Shown here in pieces: positions 24,961 to 38,459 of a stretch of 64,000 bases of DNA. Made by a program: the position numbers and the translations under genes. Position 1 is the stretch's first letter. Each line of letters opens with the position of its first letter. Under the pieces are notes generated by a model that was given only the letters and a program-made list of their open reading frames with translations, did not search any database and had not been told where the DNA came from. The DNA comes from Malacoraja senta (lineage: Eukaryota), in the NCBI GenBank assembly GCA_038087875.1, contig CM075991.1:1984001-2048000 (forward strand), written 5' to 3'.

Positions 24961-25283
24961 AAAGCTGCAAAAGAGGTGAGGGAAGGACAAAAAAAGACAC
25001 AAAGTGCTGGAGTAACTCAGCAGGTCTGGCAGCATCCCTGGAGAACAGGGAAAAGTGATGTTTCGGGTCAGACTGGGAGTGATAGGTGGGTACGGGGGGA
25101 GGGGTTGATTGGAGGATGGGTGGACAGACGCGAGAGCTGAAGAGGAGACAATGTGTGTCAGATAAACGACGCCAGAGGGAGGGGTATAGGTGGAAGGGGA
25201 CCATTCCTACTATGAAGAAGGGTCTCCATCCAAAACGTCACCCATTCCTTCTCTCCAGAGATGCTGCCTATCCCGCTGAGTTA

Positions 25284-25494
25284 AGGGCCTGTCCCACTTC
25301 GGCGTCATTTGCACGACATCAATTACGCATCACGATGCACGGCGCGTCGTGACACATGCAGTACGTGCACATGGTGCGTGGTGGCATGGGTAGTGACGCG
25401 TGATAGCGTGCGGCGCCCCAGGATTTGGGGGTTCTCAAAATCCTTGCGCGCCACCTGCTTGACGTGCAAATAACACCCAAGTGGGACAGGCCCT
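25284..25494. mobile_element. PIF/Harbinger MITE
   Basis: TIR AGGGCCTGTCCCACTT; TTA TSD at 25281-25283 and 25495-25497. Confidence 0.85.
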
Positions 25495-26220
25495 TTAATC
25501 CACCATTTTGTGTCTATCTTCGATTTAAACCAGCATCTGCAGTTCTTTCCTACACACCTATCCCACACCTTTGTATAGACCTTTCCTTATGATTTCAGCT
25601 TGGTGGACATGTAGTTGTGATGGTTCTACAGCCCCCTCCTGTTTAGCAGTCGAGCACGAGGTGACGTGGACAGAACCGGGGGGGGGGGGCAAGAATCCAA
25701 ACCTCTCCAGGTCTCTCGCCCACAGTGGGTAGAAGTAAAAACTAGAAGTAAAAACCTGCAGATTCCAGAAACCCGAGACAAAAACATAAGATGCTATGGA
25801 ATAGAAAAACACTGCAGATGCTGCAATCTTGAGCAAAACACAAAGTGCTGGAGGAACTCGGCGGGTCAGGCAGCATCTGTGGAGGGAATGGACAGGTGAC
25901 TTTACAGGTCCGCACCCTTCTTTAAAGCTGGAAGGGCAGGCAAGATGAGTATGAGATTGATGCTTCAGATAGTCACAGAATCATACAGAATGGAAACAGG
26001 CCCTTCGGCCCAACATGCCCGTGCCGACCAAGATAGCCCATCTACACTAGTCCCACCTGCCTTCGTTTTGGACCACATCCCTCTAAACATTCCTATCCAT
26101 GTACCTGTCCAGAGGAAAGGGATAATTGACCACTCTCAGGTACAGTTTAGTTTAGCGATACAGTGCAGAAACAAGCCCTACGGCCCACCGCACCGAGTCC
26201 GCACCGAACAACGATCCCTG

Positions 26221-26712
26221 TACATAGAAACATAGAAAATAGGTGCAGGAGGAGGCCATTCGGCCCTTCGAGCCAGCACCGCCATTCATTGCAATCATGG
26301 CTGTTCGTCCCCAATCAATAACCCGTGCCTGCCTTCTCCCTATATCCCTTGACTCCACTAGCCCCTAGAGCTCTATCTACCTCTCTCTTAAATCCATCCA
26401 GTGCTTTGGCCTCCATTGCCCTCTGTGGCAGGGAATTCCACAAATTCACAACTCTCTGGATGAAAAAGTTTTTTTCTCACCTCAGTCTTAAATGGCCTCC
26501 CCTTTATTCTAAGACTGTGGCCCCTGGTTCTGGACTCGCCCAACATAGGCAACATTTTTCCTGCATCTAACTTGCCCTGTCCTTTTATAATTTTATATGT
26601 TTCTATAAGACCACCCACCCCCCCCCCTCATCCTTCTAAACTCCAGTGAATACAAGCCCAGTCTTTTCAATCTTTCATCATATGACAGTTCCGCCATCCC
26701 AGGGATCAATCA
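26221..26712 (-). mobile_element. CR1 3' fragment nested in an HE1-type SINE (about 26147-26943)
   Basis: CR1 ORF2 C-terminus and (CATAGAAA)n tail, with SINE halves on both sides. Confidence 0.8.
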
Positions 26713-28627
26713 CTTACACTATCCTACACACACCAGGGACAATGTACAATTATACCAAGTGAATTATCCTACAAAGCTGCGCGTCTTTGGAGTGTGGGAA
26801 GAAACAGGATGTCCCGGAGAAAACCCACGCAGGTCACGGGATGAACGTACAAACTCCGTACAGACAGCACCCGTAGTCAGGATCGAACCTGGGTCTCTGG
26901 CGCTGTGAGGCAGCAACTCTACTGCTGCGGCACCGTGCCACCCTAAGTCCTCTGATGGTTCTTGAACCTGAAACATTGACTGTGTTTCTCTCCTCGTGGA
27001 AGCTGCCCGATCCGCTGAGTCCTCCAACATTGTTTAAATATAAATGGTTGATGATGTATTGGGTGTTCTATAAATGCAGGTTGTTGCATGATTGGTCGTG
27101 ACCTTGACTCGGCCCTACTGGAAGATGGAAGTCTGGGACTTGAATGCACGGTGCGTCTCCAACATATTTGTATAGGAACGGTTCATGGGTTGGAGATATT
27201 GCTCGGCAGTGCTAGCATTTATTACTCATCCTCAGTGACCCTGAACTGAGGAGACATTTAGCTACCTTGTGGAACCTCCACTCACATTCAGGCCATGTGT
27301 AGATTGTGGGTCCATGATGATTTTAGCTGCCTTTTTGAGGCAGATAGTTCGAAGGTCGCCAATGGGGTAGATGGGAGGTCAGGACCGCACTCTCGCTGGT
27401 GAAGCCAAGGGGCTGTTCAGTTGCCTGATAACAACTGGGGAAGAACTATCCCTGAATCTGGAGGTTTTCACACTTCTTTATCTCTTGTCCATCGATGGAA
27501 AATTTTAAGGCAGATAGATAGGCAGATACATGGATGAGAGGTGATCTTATAGAGTTGTATATAATCATGAGGGGTATGGATAGGATGGATAGTCTATTAC
27601 CCATGTAGGGGAATCAAGACCCAGAGGATTAGATTGACGGTGAGAGGGGAAATATTTAATTGGAATTTGAAGGGGAACTTTTTCCAAACACAGGGTGATG
27701 GGCATAAGAGATGAGCTGCCAGTGGGGTGCTGTAATTGAGGCAGAATCAATAACATTTAAAAGACATATGCACAGGTACACGGAAAGGAAAGTTTGAGAG
27801 GGATATGGGCCAAACATGGCCAGGTGGAACTAGTGTAGATGGGGCACTTGTTTGTCATGGGCTAGCTGGGCCAAAGTGCCTGTTTCTTTGCTCTAAGACT
27901 GAGATACCCTAAGACACCCCACCTTGTAGCTATGACCTCTCGTGTTGGACTTTTCCACCCTTGGATAAAAGGTTCTGACCATCTACCCCATCCGTGCCTC
28001 TCATAATTTTGTTTACTTCTATCAAGTCTCCCCTCAACCTCTGACATTCCAGAGAAGCAAAGTCAAGTTGTTGAAACCCTGAAAACTGGCAACTGAAAAG
28101 ACCTTTCAACAGAGAGAGTGCAGTCCTGACCTCCCAGCTACCACATTGGAGACTTTTGAACTATCTTTAATAAACTTTATCAGACTTTTTCTTGCACTGA
28201 ATGTTGTCCCCTTTATCTTGTACCTCTACACTGTGGACAGCATGATTGTAATCATGTATAGTTTTTTCATTGACTGGATGGCATGCAACAAAAAGCTTTT
28301 CACTGTTCCTGAGTGTATGTGACAATAATAAACTATCAGCATTTGTGACAATAATAAACTATCAGCATTTACATCAGGTCATTTAGACTTTGTGACAACA
28401 TGTCCACTTTAAGGTCCGCTCCGATTCCCAGCCACGGGCAAACGAGCAACAGTTGGATCTGATTAATGGTTATTGGACCAATTCATCTGATCCTTGTCCT
28501 CATAAACCCTGGGGGAGAGGGAGGTGGTGGAGAGATGGAGAGATGATTGTGTTATGTGCCTTGGCCTTTTCCTTGTGATCATGGCACAGCAATTCCATGA
28601 CTGCAAGTACCACCCCAACAAAACAAA

Positions 28628-28628
28628 A

Positions 28629-28661
<33 letters not shown>

Positions 28662-28832
28662 AGTGTGTGTGAGTGTGTGAGTGTGTGTGTGTGAGTGTGT
28701 GAGTGTGTGAGAGAGAGCGCATGTGTCTGTGTGCACGCGCGCGTGTGTGAGTGTGTGTGTGCGCGCGCGTGTGTGTGAGTGTGCCTGCGTCTGTGTGTGC
28801 ACGTGTGTGTGAGTGTGAAGTACACCGTGTGT
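28628..28832. repeat. (TA)n/(TG)n compound microsatellite (others at about 29660-29920, 49487-49850 and 61068-61170)
   Basis: Direct inspection. Confidence 0.95.
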
Positions 28833-30192
28833 GAAGGGAGGGAGGGAAGGTTAGCTGTGGAGGAGACACAACGTGAGCGAGGGGGAGAGTTTGGGAACAA
28901 CTTGCTGGCAAGTGTCCGGTGGGATGGTTGTGGGGATTGGTTCCTGTTGTGGAGGAGGAGAGCAGGAGCGGGACACACGGAAGCTTTGACGTGATGCTTG
29001 CAGACTGTGGCCCAGGGATCCCGCACGGTGCGATGGAAGTGGTTTCAATGGCAATCGCATCAATACTTTGAAGGAGAAAAGTTATACAGACCTCAGGGTA
29101 ACTAAAGTTTACAGCGGGATAGAGTCGGCACTGGCACAGCCGTAGTGTTGCTGCCTTACAGCGCCAGAGACCCAGATCCTGGCTACGGGTGCTGTCTGTA
29201 CGGAGTTTGCACGTTCTCCTCGTGACCTGCCTGAATTTTCTCCGGGTGCTCCGGTTTCCCCCCACACTCCAAAGACCTACAGGTTTGTAGGCGTTGTTGT
29301 AATTGTAAATGGTCCCTACATCCATAAAGGGCGCAGTCGCCTCCTCTGCCTTTCCAGCGCTCCCTGTGAGTATGCATCACTCTGGCACGACAAGGCTGTT
29401 TTATTTACTTTCGTTTAGTGCAGAGATACAGCGCGGAAACAGGCCCTTCGGCCCACCGAGTCCGCACTGACCAGCGATCCCCGCACACTAACACTATGCT
29501 ACACACACTAGGGACAATTCACATTTACACCAAGCCAATTCACCTACAAACCTGTACATCTTTGGAGCGTGGGAGGAAACCGAAGATCTCAGAGAAAACC
29601 CACGTGGTCACGGGGGGGAATGTACAAACTCTGTACAGACAGCGCCAGTAGCCGGGATCGTGTCTGTGTGTGTACGCGTGTCTGTATGTGTGTGCGTTTG
29701 TGTGTGTGCGTGTGTGTGTCTGAGTGTGTGTACGTGCGTGTCTGTGTGTGTGTGCGTGTGTGTGTGTGTCTGAGTGTGTGTACGTGTGTGTGTGCGTGTG
29801 TGTGCGCGGGGGGGTGTGGGTGCTTGAGTCAGCGTCTGTGCGAGTGTGAGTGTGTATATGCGTGCTTAAGTGTGTGTGTGTGCGCGTGCGCATTTGCACG
29901 TGTGTGTGCACTTGTCTGTACACACTAACCCCTTGAGTGGTCCTGACCCATCTACCTCATTGGAGAGCTTCGGACTATCTTTAATCTGACTTTTATTGGA
30001 CTGTATTTTGTATTAAAGATTGTTCCCTGCATACTGTACAATGTGGATGGTTTGATTGTAAACATGTATAGCCTTTTTGCTGAACGGATAGCATGCAATA
30101 AGAATGCTTTTCACTGTACCTCGGTACACGTGACTAATAAATTAAACCAAACTACACTAGCAGTGAGGCATCCTGCCAGCAGCTAAGTCAAG

Positions 30193-30485
30193 AGCACGGT
30201 GGCGCCGCGGTAGAGTTGCTGCCTTACAGCGTCTGGTTCGATCCTGACTATGGGTGCTGTCCGTATGGAGTTTGTACGTTCTCCCCGTGACCACCTGGGT
30301 TTTCTCCGGTTTCCTTCCACACTCCAAAGACGTACAGGATTGTTGGTTAATTGGCTTTGGTAAAGATCGTGAAATGCTCCTCGTGTTAGGATGGCTCGAA
30401 CGTTCGGGGTGATCGCTGGTTCGGCACGGACTCGATAGGCCGAAGGGCCGGTTTCCACGCGGTATCTCTAAACTAATCTAAACTG
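30193..30485 (+). mobile_element. HE1-type tRNA-derived V-SINE (representative; roughly 25 full or partial copies in the window)
   Basis: A box (GGTGGCGCNGCGG), B box (GGTTCGATCC), V-domain (GGAGTTTGTACGTTCTCCCCGTG), CR1-like 3' hairpin, (CTAAA)n tail. Confidence 0.85.
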
Positions 30486-30940
30486 AAAGTGTAGGAAGGA
30501 ACTGCAGATGCAGGTTTACACCGAAAATAGACACAAAATGCTGGAGTAACGGGACGGGGCAGGCAGCATCAATGGGTGATGTTTTGGGTCGAGACACCTC
30601 TTCAGACACAAAGCTGGAGTCACTCAGCGGGACATTCCAACTCTGGAGAGAAGGAATGGGTGACGTTTTGGGTAGAGACCCTTCTTCAGACTGGTTAGGG
30701 ATAAGGGGAAGGGGAGATAATAGACAATGATGTGGAGAGACTGAAGCAGACTAAACCAAAGCTTCATTGCATTCGTCGGGGAGTAGGGCTGGATCTGGGG
30801 TAGAGGGCGATTGTTCGCACTAACGGAGGTGTTTGTCTTCTTTTGCAGCGGGTCCGTTTCCAGCTGAGAGCTTCAGACCGTGACGGAGCGAGCCGATGGG
30901 ACGGGCGCCCAGATGGTGGGCGAGCAGACGCGGTAGTGGA

Positions 30941-31031
30941 ATGATCAGCTGCGTTGACCTGGTGTGCTGGGCTCTGCTTGGTCTTCTCTCCCTCTCCTCC
31001 GCACGACCTGCTCTGACCCTTCCAGGCCAAG
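30941..31031 (+). CDS. FGFR1: FGFR1 first coding exon (signal peptide); the exon begins at 30849 with 92 nt of 5' UTR
   Basis: MISCVDLVCWALLGLLSLSSARPALTLPGQ resembles the FGFR1 N-terminus (ARPSPTLPEQ in human). 91 coding nt end in phase 1 at G|GTAGGG. Acceptor TTTTGCAG| at 30848, with branch motif CACTAAC at 30818-30824. Confidence 0.9.
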
Positions 31032-31112
31032 GTAGGGACACCCTCACTCTTGCTGGGGGGCGGGGGGGGGGGCGGGATGCCCCGGGACTTAATGGGCCAA
31101 GGCCGCGATTGT

Positions 31113-31676
31113 GTAGAAACATATGTGCAGGAGTAGGCCATTCGGCCCTTCGAGCTAGCACCGCCATTCAATATCATCATGGCTGATCATCCAAAATCAG
31201 TACTCCGTTCCTGCTTTCTCCCTATATACCTTGATTCCTTTAGCTCTAAGAGCTAGATCTAACTCTCTCTTGAAAACATCCAGTGAATCGGCCTCCACCG
31301 CCTTCTGTGGCAGAGAATTCCACAGATTCACAACTCTCTGTGTGAAAAAGTTTTTCCTCATCTCAGTCCTAAATGGCCGACCCCTTATTCTAAAACTGTG
31401 ACCCCTGGCTCTGGACTCCCCCAACATCGGGAACGTTTTTCCTGCATCTAGCTTGTCCAATCCTTTTAAGAATTTTATATGTTTCCATAAGATCCCCTCT
31501 CATCCTAAATTCCAGTCGACCCATTCTTTCATCATACGTCAGTCCCGCCATCCCAGGAATTAACCCGGTGAACCTACGTGGCACTCCCTCAATAGCATGA
31601 ATGTATTTCCTCAAATTAGTAGACCAAAACTGCACACAATACTCCAGGTGCGGTCTCACCTGGGCCTTGTACAACT
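31113..31676 (-). mobile_element. CR1 3' fragment immediately downstream of the FGFR1 signal-peptide exon
   Basis: ORFs 31390-31674 and 31197-31460. Confidence 0.85.
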
Positions 31677-32750
31677 AGGACGGAACGGCAGATGCTGGTT
31701 TAAATCGAAGACAGGCACAAAATGCTGGAGTAACTCAGCGGGACAGGCAGCAACTCTGGAGAGAAGGACTGGCTGATGTTTCGGGTCGAGACTCTTCTTC
31801 AGACATTAGAGTATTGAGTTCAGTCCTGGGCACCGTGTTACAGGACAGATGTTGCCACGCTGGAGCAGGCGCAGAGAGGGTAGCACGGTGGTGCAGCGGT
31901 GGAGTTGCTGCCTCACAGCGCCAGAGACCCGGGTTGATTCATGACCATGGGTGCTTGCCTGTATGGAGTTTGTATGCGGTCACGTGGGTTTTCTCCGGGT
32001 GCTCAGGTTTTGTCACACACTCCAGAGGTTAATTGGCTTCGGACAGCAGCCGGTGTCAGGACCAGAACCGGTGTCTCGGGCGCTGTGAGGTGGCAAATCT
32101 ACCGCTGCGGCACCGTGCAGCCCGCAAATATTTCCTGCAGATATTATTCACTTGTCGGTCCTGATTTTGTGAAATTGAGGCTTTGGGCCCACTGCAGAGA
32201 CTGCGAAGCTTTTTAATGAATAAGATGGAATCTAAAACACATAAATAAGCAGGGTTTGTGTGTTGTGTGCAGCATGGCCAGTGTGAATTGTAGAAGAGTC
32301 GACAGTCGCCGCTGCCTCTCAACCCCCCCTGGTCTGCGTATGTTGTGTAGTCTAGAGGTCGATGATTTGGTCCCTCTGTGACGCGGGAGCAAACGCGTGG
32401 ATAGCACTGCGGGCAGAACCACGTTGCAGCCCCTCCTTCATGTTTTGACCGCGTCCAAGATGGTGTCAAACCCAGACGGCTATTTGCCCGCGAGCCACAG
32501 AAGCAGATCTCCCATCACATATTACAATCGCCCCACACTCTGAAATATCTCCTTGGTGACCCCCTCAGACCATCCTTGATCCAACTTTGGAGGAAGGAAA
32601 CTGCAGATGCTGGTTTAAACTGAAGATAGACACAAAAAGCTGGAGTATCTCAGGCAGCATCTCTGGAGAGAAGCAATGGGTGTCGTTTCGGGCCTGAAGT
32701 AGGGTCTCGACCAGAAACATCATCCATTCCTTATCTCCAGAGATGCAGCC

Positions 32751-34463
32751 TGTGGTGACAGTTTTTACAACGTCTCAAGGTTTTAGTCCTCAATGGTCAC
32801 TTTAAATGATGCCTGTGGATCAGAAGGTAATCGATACGGACTCACGTGACTTTCAATGCCGTCATAAGATGAATCTTCCAAAAACACTCTTGATTAATAG
32901 TTTCTTTATTGAAGTACAAACAGTAAGATAATTCATAAAAATCTTCTCCTTAAAGTACATTTCAATCATACTCTTGGTCAAGCTCGTGCATAGTCGAGAA
33001 CTATGTCTCCCCCCCCCCCCCCCCGATCTTCATCAAACTAAACTAAACTCCAGAATCCCAGCCGCAACCACGCCCCGGACTACGTGTAAGTGTTATACGT
33101 ATACACTCCAGCGTGGCAACATCTGTCCTGTAACACGGTGCCCAGGACTGAACTCAATACTCTAAAGTCTGAAGAAGAGTCTCGACCCGAAACATCAGCC
33201 AGTCCTTCTCTCCAGATAAGAGATTAGTATACAAACTTAAAGCACACGGTATTGGGGGTTCAGTATTGATGTGGGTAGAGAACTGGCTAGCAAACAGGAA
33301 GCAAAGAGTAGGAGTAAACGGGTCCTTTTCACAATGGCAGGCAGTGACTAGTGGGGTACCGCAAGGCTCAGTGCTGGGACCCCAGCTATTTACAATTTAT
33401 ATTAATGAGCTGGATGAGGGAATTGAAGGCAACATCTCCAAGTTTGCGGATGACACTAAGCTGGGGGGCAGTGTTAGCTGTGAGGAGGATGCTAGGAGAC
33501 TGCAAGGTGACTTGGATAGGCTGGGTGAGTGGGCAAATGTTTGGCAGATGCAGTATAATGTGGATAAATGTGAGGTTATCCACTTTGGTGGCAAAAACAG
33601 GAAAGCAGACTATTATCTAAATGGTGGCCGATTAGAAAATGGGGAGATGCAGCGAGACCTGGGTGTCATGGTATACCAGTCATTGAAAGTAGGCATGCAG
33701 GTGCAGCAGGCAGTGAAGAAAGCGAATGGTATGTTAGCTTTCATAGCAAAAGGATTTGAGTATAGGAGCAGGGAGGTTCTACTGCAGTTGTACAGGATCT
33801 TGGTGAGACCACACCTGGAGTATTGCATTCAGTTTTGGTCTCCAAATCTGAGGAAGGACATTATAGCCATAGAGGGAGTGCAGAGAAGGTTCACCAGACT
33901 GATTCCTGGGATGTGAGGAATTTCATATGAAGAAAGACTGGATAGACTTGGCTTATACTCGCTAGAATTTAGGAGATTGAGAGGGGATCTTATAGAAACG
34001 TACAAAATTTTTATGGGGTTGGACAGGCTAGATGCAGGAAGATTGTTCCCGATGTTGGGGAAGTCCAGGACAAGGGGTCACAGCTTAAGGATAAGGGGGA
34101 AATCCTTTAAGACCGAGTTGAGGAAAAACGTTTTCACACAGAGAGTGGTGAATCTCTGGAACTCTCTGCCACAGAGGGTAGTTGAGGCCAGTTCATTGGC
34201 TATATTTAAGAGGGAGTTAGATGTGGCCCTTGTGGCTAAAGGGATCAGGGGGTATGGAGAGAAGGCAGGTACGGGATACTGAGTTGGATGATCAGCCATG
34301 ATCATATTGAATGGCGGTGCAGGCTCGAAGGGCCGAATGGCCTACTCCTGCACCTATTTTCTATGTATCTATAAAGCCCACTCACATAACAGCAGGCAGA
34401 TAAAAGTTTAACGGTAACTGGTTAAAATTAGAACATACTGATTTAAGCTAAATGGCTACTACA
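32751..34463 (-). mobile_element. Solo LTR (about 450 bp) interrupted by a CR1 insertion
   Basis: TGT...ACA termini; 5-bp TSD CAGCC/CTGCC inside a Penelope-derived repeat; AATAAA on the minus strand. Confidence 0.65.
33216..34372 (+). mobile_element. Young 5'-truncated CR1 LINE
   Basis: ORFs 33266-33916 and 33977-34282 are nearly identical to the 7052-11229 element. Confidence 0.92.
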
Positions 34464-34575
34464 CTGCCTGTCCTGCTGAGTTACTCAAGCTTTTTGTGTC
34501 CATCTTATTCCAACTTTGCTGGCTTAACCTTGCACTAAACGTTATTCCCTTCTCATGTATCTGCACGCTGTGATG

Positions 34576-35096
34576 GGGCTATCTCACTGTACGATATAAT
34601 TCAAGAGTTCTCCCGAGTTTCCCCAGCATCCCCTTTCCCATTAGAACTGCCCCCTCCATCGACTCTTTTAAGTCAAGAATAAAGACTTTCCTGACGCCCT
34701 CTGAGTGAGGGCTACATGTATATATGTATGTAGTTTGTTTTTGTTTGTGCTATTCTTATAACAAATGTAAAGCACTTTGGCCAACGAGAGTTGTTTTTTA
34801 AATGTGCTATATAAATAAATGTGACTTGACTTGACTTGACTGATTCGAACTTGGAGAATTACGGTAATAGCCGCTCGTAGGTACTCGGGGCTCTCGTGGA
34901 CATTTTTCAACATGTTGGAAAATACTTCACGAGCTTACCGCGTTTCCCGAGTACCTGCCGTTAGCGTTACGAGCCGCTAAGAGACGTCCCGAGCTCCGAC
35001 GTACCCGCTACGTACATTCTACCTACTTACCATGAGTTTTATTTTTTTTAAACTCGGGAGAGCTCTTGGGTAAACTCGTATAGTGGGACAGGGCCT
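34576..35096. mobile_element. PIF/Harbinger-like MITE with a nested L2 tail
   Basis: Degenerate TIRs GGGCTATCTCACTGTACGA / TCGTATAGTGGGACAGGGCC. Confidence 0.6.
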
Positions 35097-35574
35097 TAAT
35101 GGGTCGATTGTAATCCTGTATTGTCTTTCTGCTGACTGGATAGCAAGCAACAAAGGCTTTCACTGTACCTCGGGACACGTGACAATAAACTCAACTGAAA
35201 CTGACTTGGCCCTACACTCTGTGAGATGCTGCCTGTCCCGCTGAGTTGCTCCAGCATTTTGTGCCTACCTTTGGCCCCTACACTCTGTGGGTTTAGTCGA
35301 GGGGTCACGAGGGGTTTGACCTGTCTGCATCCCTGGAACCCAGAGTTTGTGGTTCCCACCATTGTGACATGAGGAAGGTTCCCGACCCGAAACATCGCCT
35401 GTCCTTTCCTTCCACAGATGCTCCTTAACCCACTGAGTTCCTCCAGCACTTTGTGGTTTACAAGATTCTAGCACCTGCAGTTCTTTATGTCTCTTTTTGC
35501 ATCATGAAACTACACTGACCAGTTCAGTGCCATGTTGAAGGTCCAAAAATCTTGTCAGTCATACAGTAGAATTA

Positions 35575-37460
35575 GGCCCTTCAGCCCACCATGCCCTTAC
35601 TGACCAACTTGTCCCATCTACACTAGTCCCACATGCCTGTGTTTGACCCATAGACCTCTAAACCTGTCTGGTCAATGTACCTGTCCAAATGTTTCTTAAA
35701 CGTTACGATAGTCCCAGCCTCAACTACCTCCCAGTAGCTCGTTCCATACACCCACCACCCTTTGTGTGAAAAAGTAACCCGTCAGGTTCCGATTAAATCT
35801 TTCCCTCCCCTCACCTTGAACCTATGTCCTCTGTTTCTCCATTCACCTACTCTGGGCAAGACACTCTGTAAATCTAGCAATTTTTTTCCTCTCATGATTT
35901 TGTACACCTCTATGAGATCAACCCCCATTCTCCTGCGCTCCAGGGAATAGAGTCCTAACCTTCTCAACCTCTCCCCATAGCTCAGACCCTCAAGTCTGGC
36001 AACATTGTCGTAAATCTTCTCTGTACCCTTTTCCAGCTTGACATCTTTCCTATAACATGGTGCCCAGAACGGAACACAATATTCTAAATGCGGTCTCACC
36101 AACGTCTTATACAACTGCAACATGACCTCCCAACTTCTATACTCAATACTCTGACTGATGAAGTCCAAAGTGCCAAAAGCATTTTAGACCACCTCATCTA
36201 CCTGCGACTCGACCTTCAAGGAACCATGCACCTGTACTCCGAGATCCCTCTGCTCTACAACACTACTATTTACTCTGGAGGTCCTGCCCTTGTTAGACGT
36301 CCTCACTATTTCAATTCAATGAATCATTCTAAAGGCAGTGTGAAGAAGGCAGCATCTCTGGAGAGCATGGTCTCACCAACGTCTTGTATAACTGCAACAT
36401 GATCTCCCAACTTCTATGCTCAATACTCTGTCTCATGAAGGCCGGTGAGCCCCCTTTGACCGCCCTAGATACCTGTAGCACCACATTCAAGCAACTTTGT
36501 ATCTGTCCTCCTAGATCCCTCTGCTCTACAACACTCCTGAGCCCAGCCGTTCACTGTGTGGTCGACAGTGTGTGGTTGACAGTATGTGATGATGCGTGTG
36601 TGATGATGCGTGTGCAGTTCTATGCAGTGTGTCCGTCTTGGCACTCTTGACTCTGAGTCACAATTGTAGTTTTGAGTCGCCCTTCTGAAATAGATCGGGT
36701 AGACGCACCGAGTCTCTTGCCCAGAGTAGGTGAATCGAGGACCAGAGGACTTAGGTTCAAGGTGAAGGGGAAAAGACTGAATAGGAATCTGAGGGGTAAC
36801 AAGAGCCAAAGGGCCTGTTTCCGTGCTGCATCACTCTATGACTCTACGAATAGTGAAAGGCTTGGATAGAGTGGATGTGGAGAGGATGTTTCCAATAGTG
36901 GGAGAGTCTAGGACTAAAGATTCAATAGGAATCTGAGGGGTAACTTTTTCACACAAATGGTGGTGGGTGTATGGAACAAGCTGCCAGGGGAGGTAGTTGT
37001 GGCTGGGACTATCCCAATGTTTAAGAAACAGTTAGACAGGTACATGGATTGGGCAGGTTTGAAGGGATATGGACCAAACGTGGGCAGGTAGGACTAGTGT
37101 AGATGGGACGTTGGGCAGAATGGGTAAGTTGGGCTGAAGGGCCTGCTTCCACTCCATGAATCGAAAAGTCCCGCCAAACCCTGGGGGGGGGGGGGGCTGC
37201 ATTGTGTGGGAGGGGCGCACGGGAGAGGCGTCCGTCTTGGGGCAAGAGCGCGGTGAAACGGGAATTCATTGCCATAGACGGCTGTGGAGGCCAAGTCATT
37301 AGGTATTTTTAAAGCAGAGATTGGCAGATACTTGATTGATATGGATGTCAAGGGTTACGGGGAGAAGGCAGGAGAATGGGGTTGAGAGGGAAAGATAAAT
37401 CAGCCATGATTGAATGGCGGAGTAGACTTGATGGGCAGAATGGCCTAATTCTACTCCTCT
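35575..37460. mobile_element. Cluster of older CR1 3' fragments on both strands
   Basis: ORF 35782-36168 ([13 protein letters not shown]) and several 3' tails. Confidence 0.75.
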
Positions 37461-38459
37461 AACTCATGAACATGGCCGTATCTATTTTGGCGGACACAAA
37501 AAGCTGGAGTAACTCAGCGGGACAGGCAGCATCTCTGGAGAGAAGGAATGGGTGACCTTTCAGGTCAAGACCCTCCTTCAGACTGAGGCAGGTCAGGTCA
37601 ACTGGGTTAAGATAATGCAGCACAGTAGCGCAGCGATCGAGTTGCTTGGGTCCAGAGTCCAAGGTTTGATCCCAACTACGTGTGCAGTCTGTGTGTGTGG
37701 AGTTTGTACGTTCTCCCTGTGACCATGTGGGTTTCCTCCCTTATGGTCCACCGAGTCCACGCCAACTAGCGATCCCCGCATATACTGACACTATCCTACA
37801 CACACTCAGGACAATTTACAATTTTACCAAAGCCAATTAACCTACAATCCTGTGCGTCTTTGGAGTGTGGGAGAAAACCGGAGCACCCGGGGAAAACCCA
37901 CGTACAAACTGGGTACAGACGGCCCCTGTAGTCGGGATGGAACCCGGGTCTCTGGCGCTGTGAGGCAGCGCCTATACCGCTGCGCCACACTGCGACTATA
38001 CTCACTGCACAAACGCTCCCTTCCCAGTTTGTCCCTTGCCCATCCAAGTGGAACGTGATGCCCTGTCGGATCAGACAAACCGACCCCTGGTGTCCACAGA
38101 TCGCAGCACCGACCCCAGCAAATGCAACTCCTCGGCTAAACCCCGGCAGGCCGGCCATCTCGGTGCCAAATGAGGCGCGGCGCAGGCAGGCAGATTGTTT
38201 CCAGACGGCTGTGCAGGAAGGCTGCTCTCTCTGAGTGGTTGCAGATGGTGGGTGACGTAGAACAGGCCCATCACTGATTCCACTGTGTGTCGCAGGCCCG
38301 GACACACTCAGGGAGGGTGCACGCTAGGCAAGAAATTCCCCCCCGCCCCCCCACCCCACCACCAGATGCTTCTCCACATCTGGAGCGCAGCCCCCACTGG
38401 CTCTGTACAGCAGAGAGCACAGGATCACCGCCACTGCAAGGCCGTGCAGCGAGACCCTA

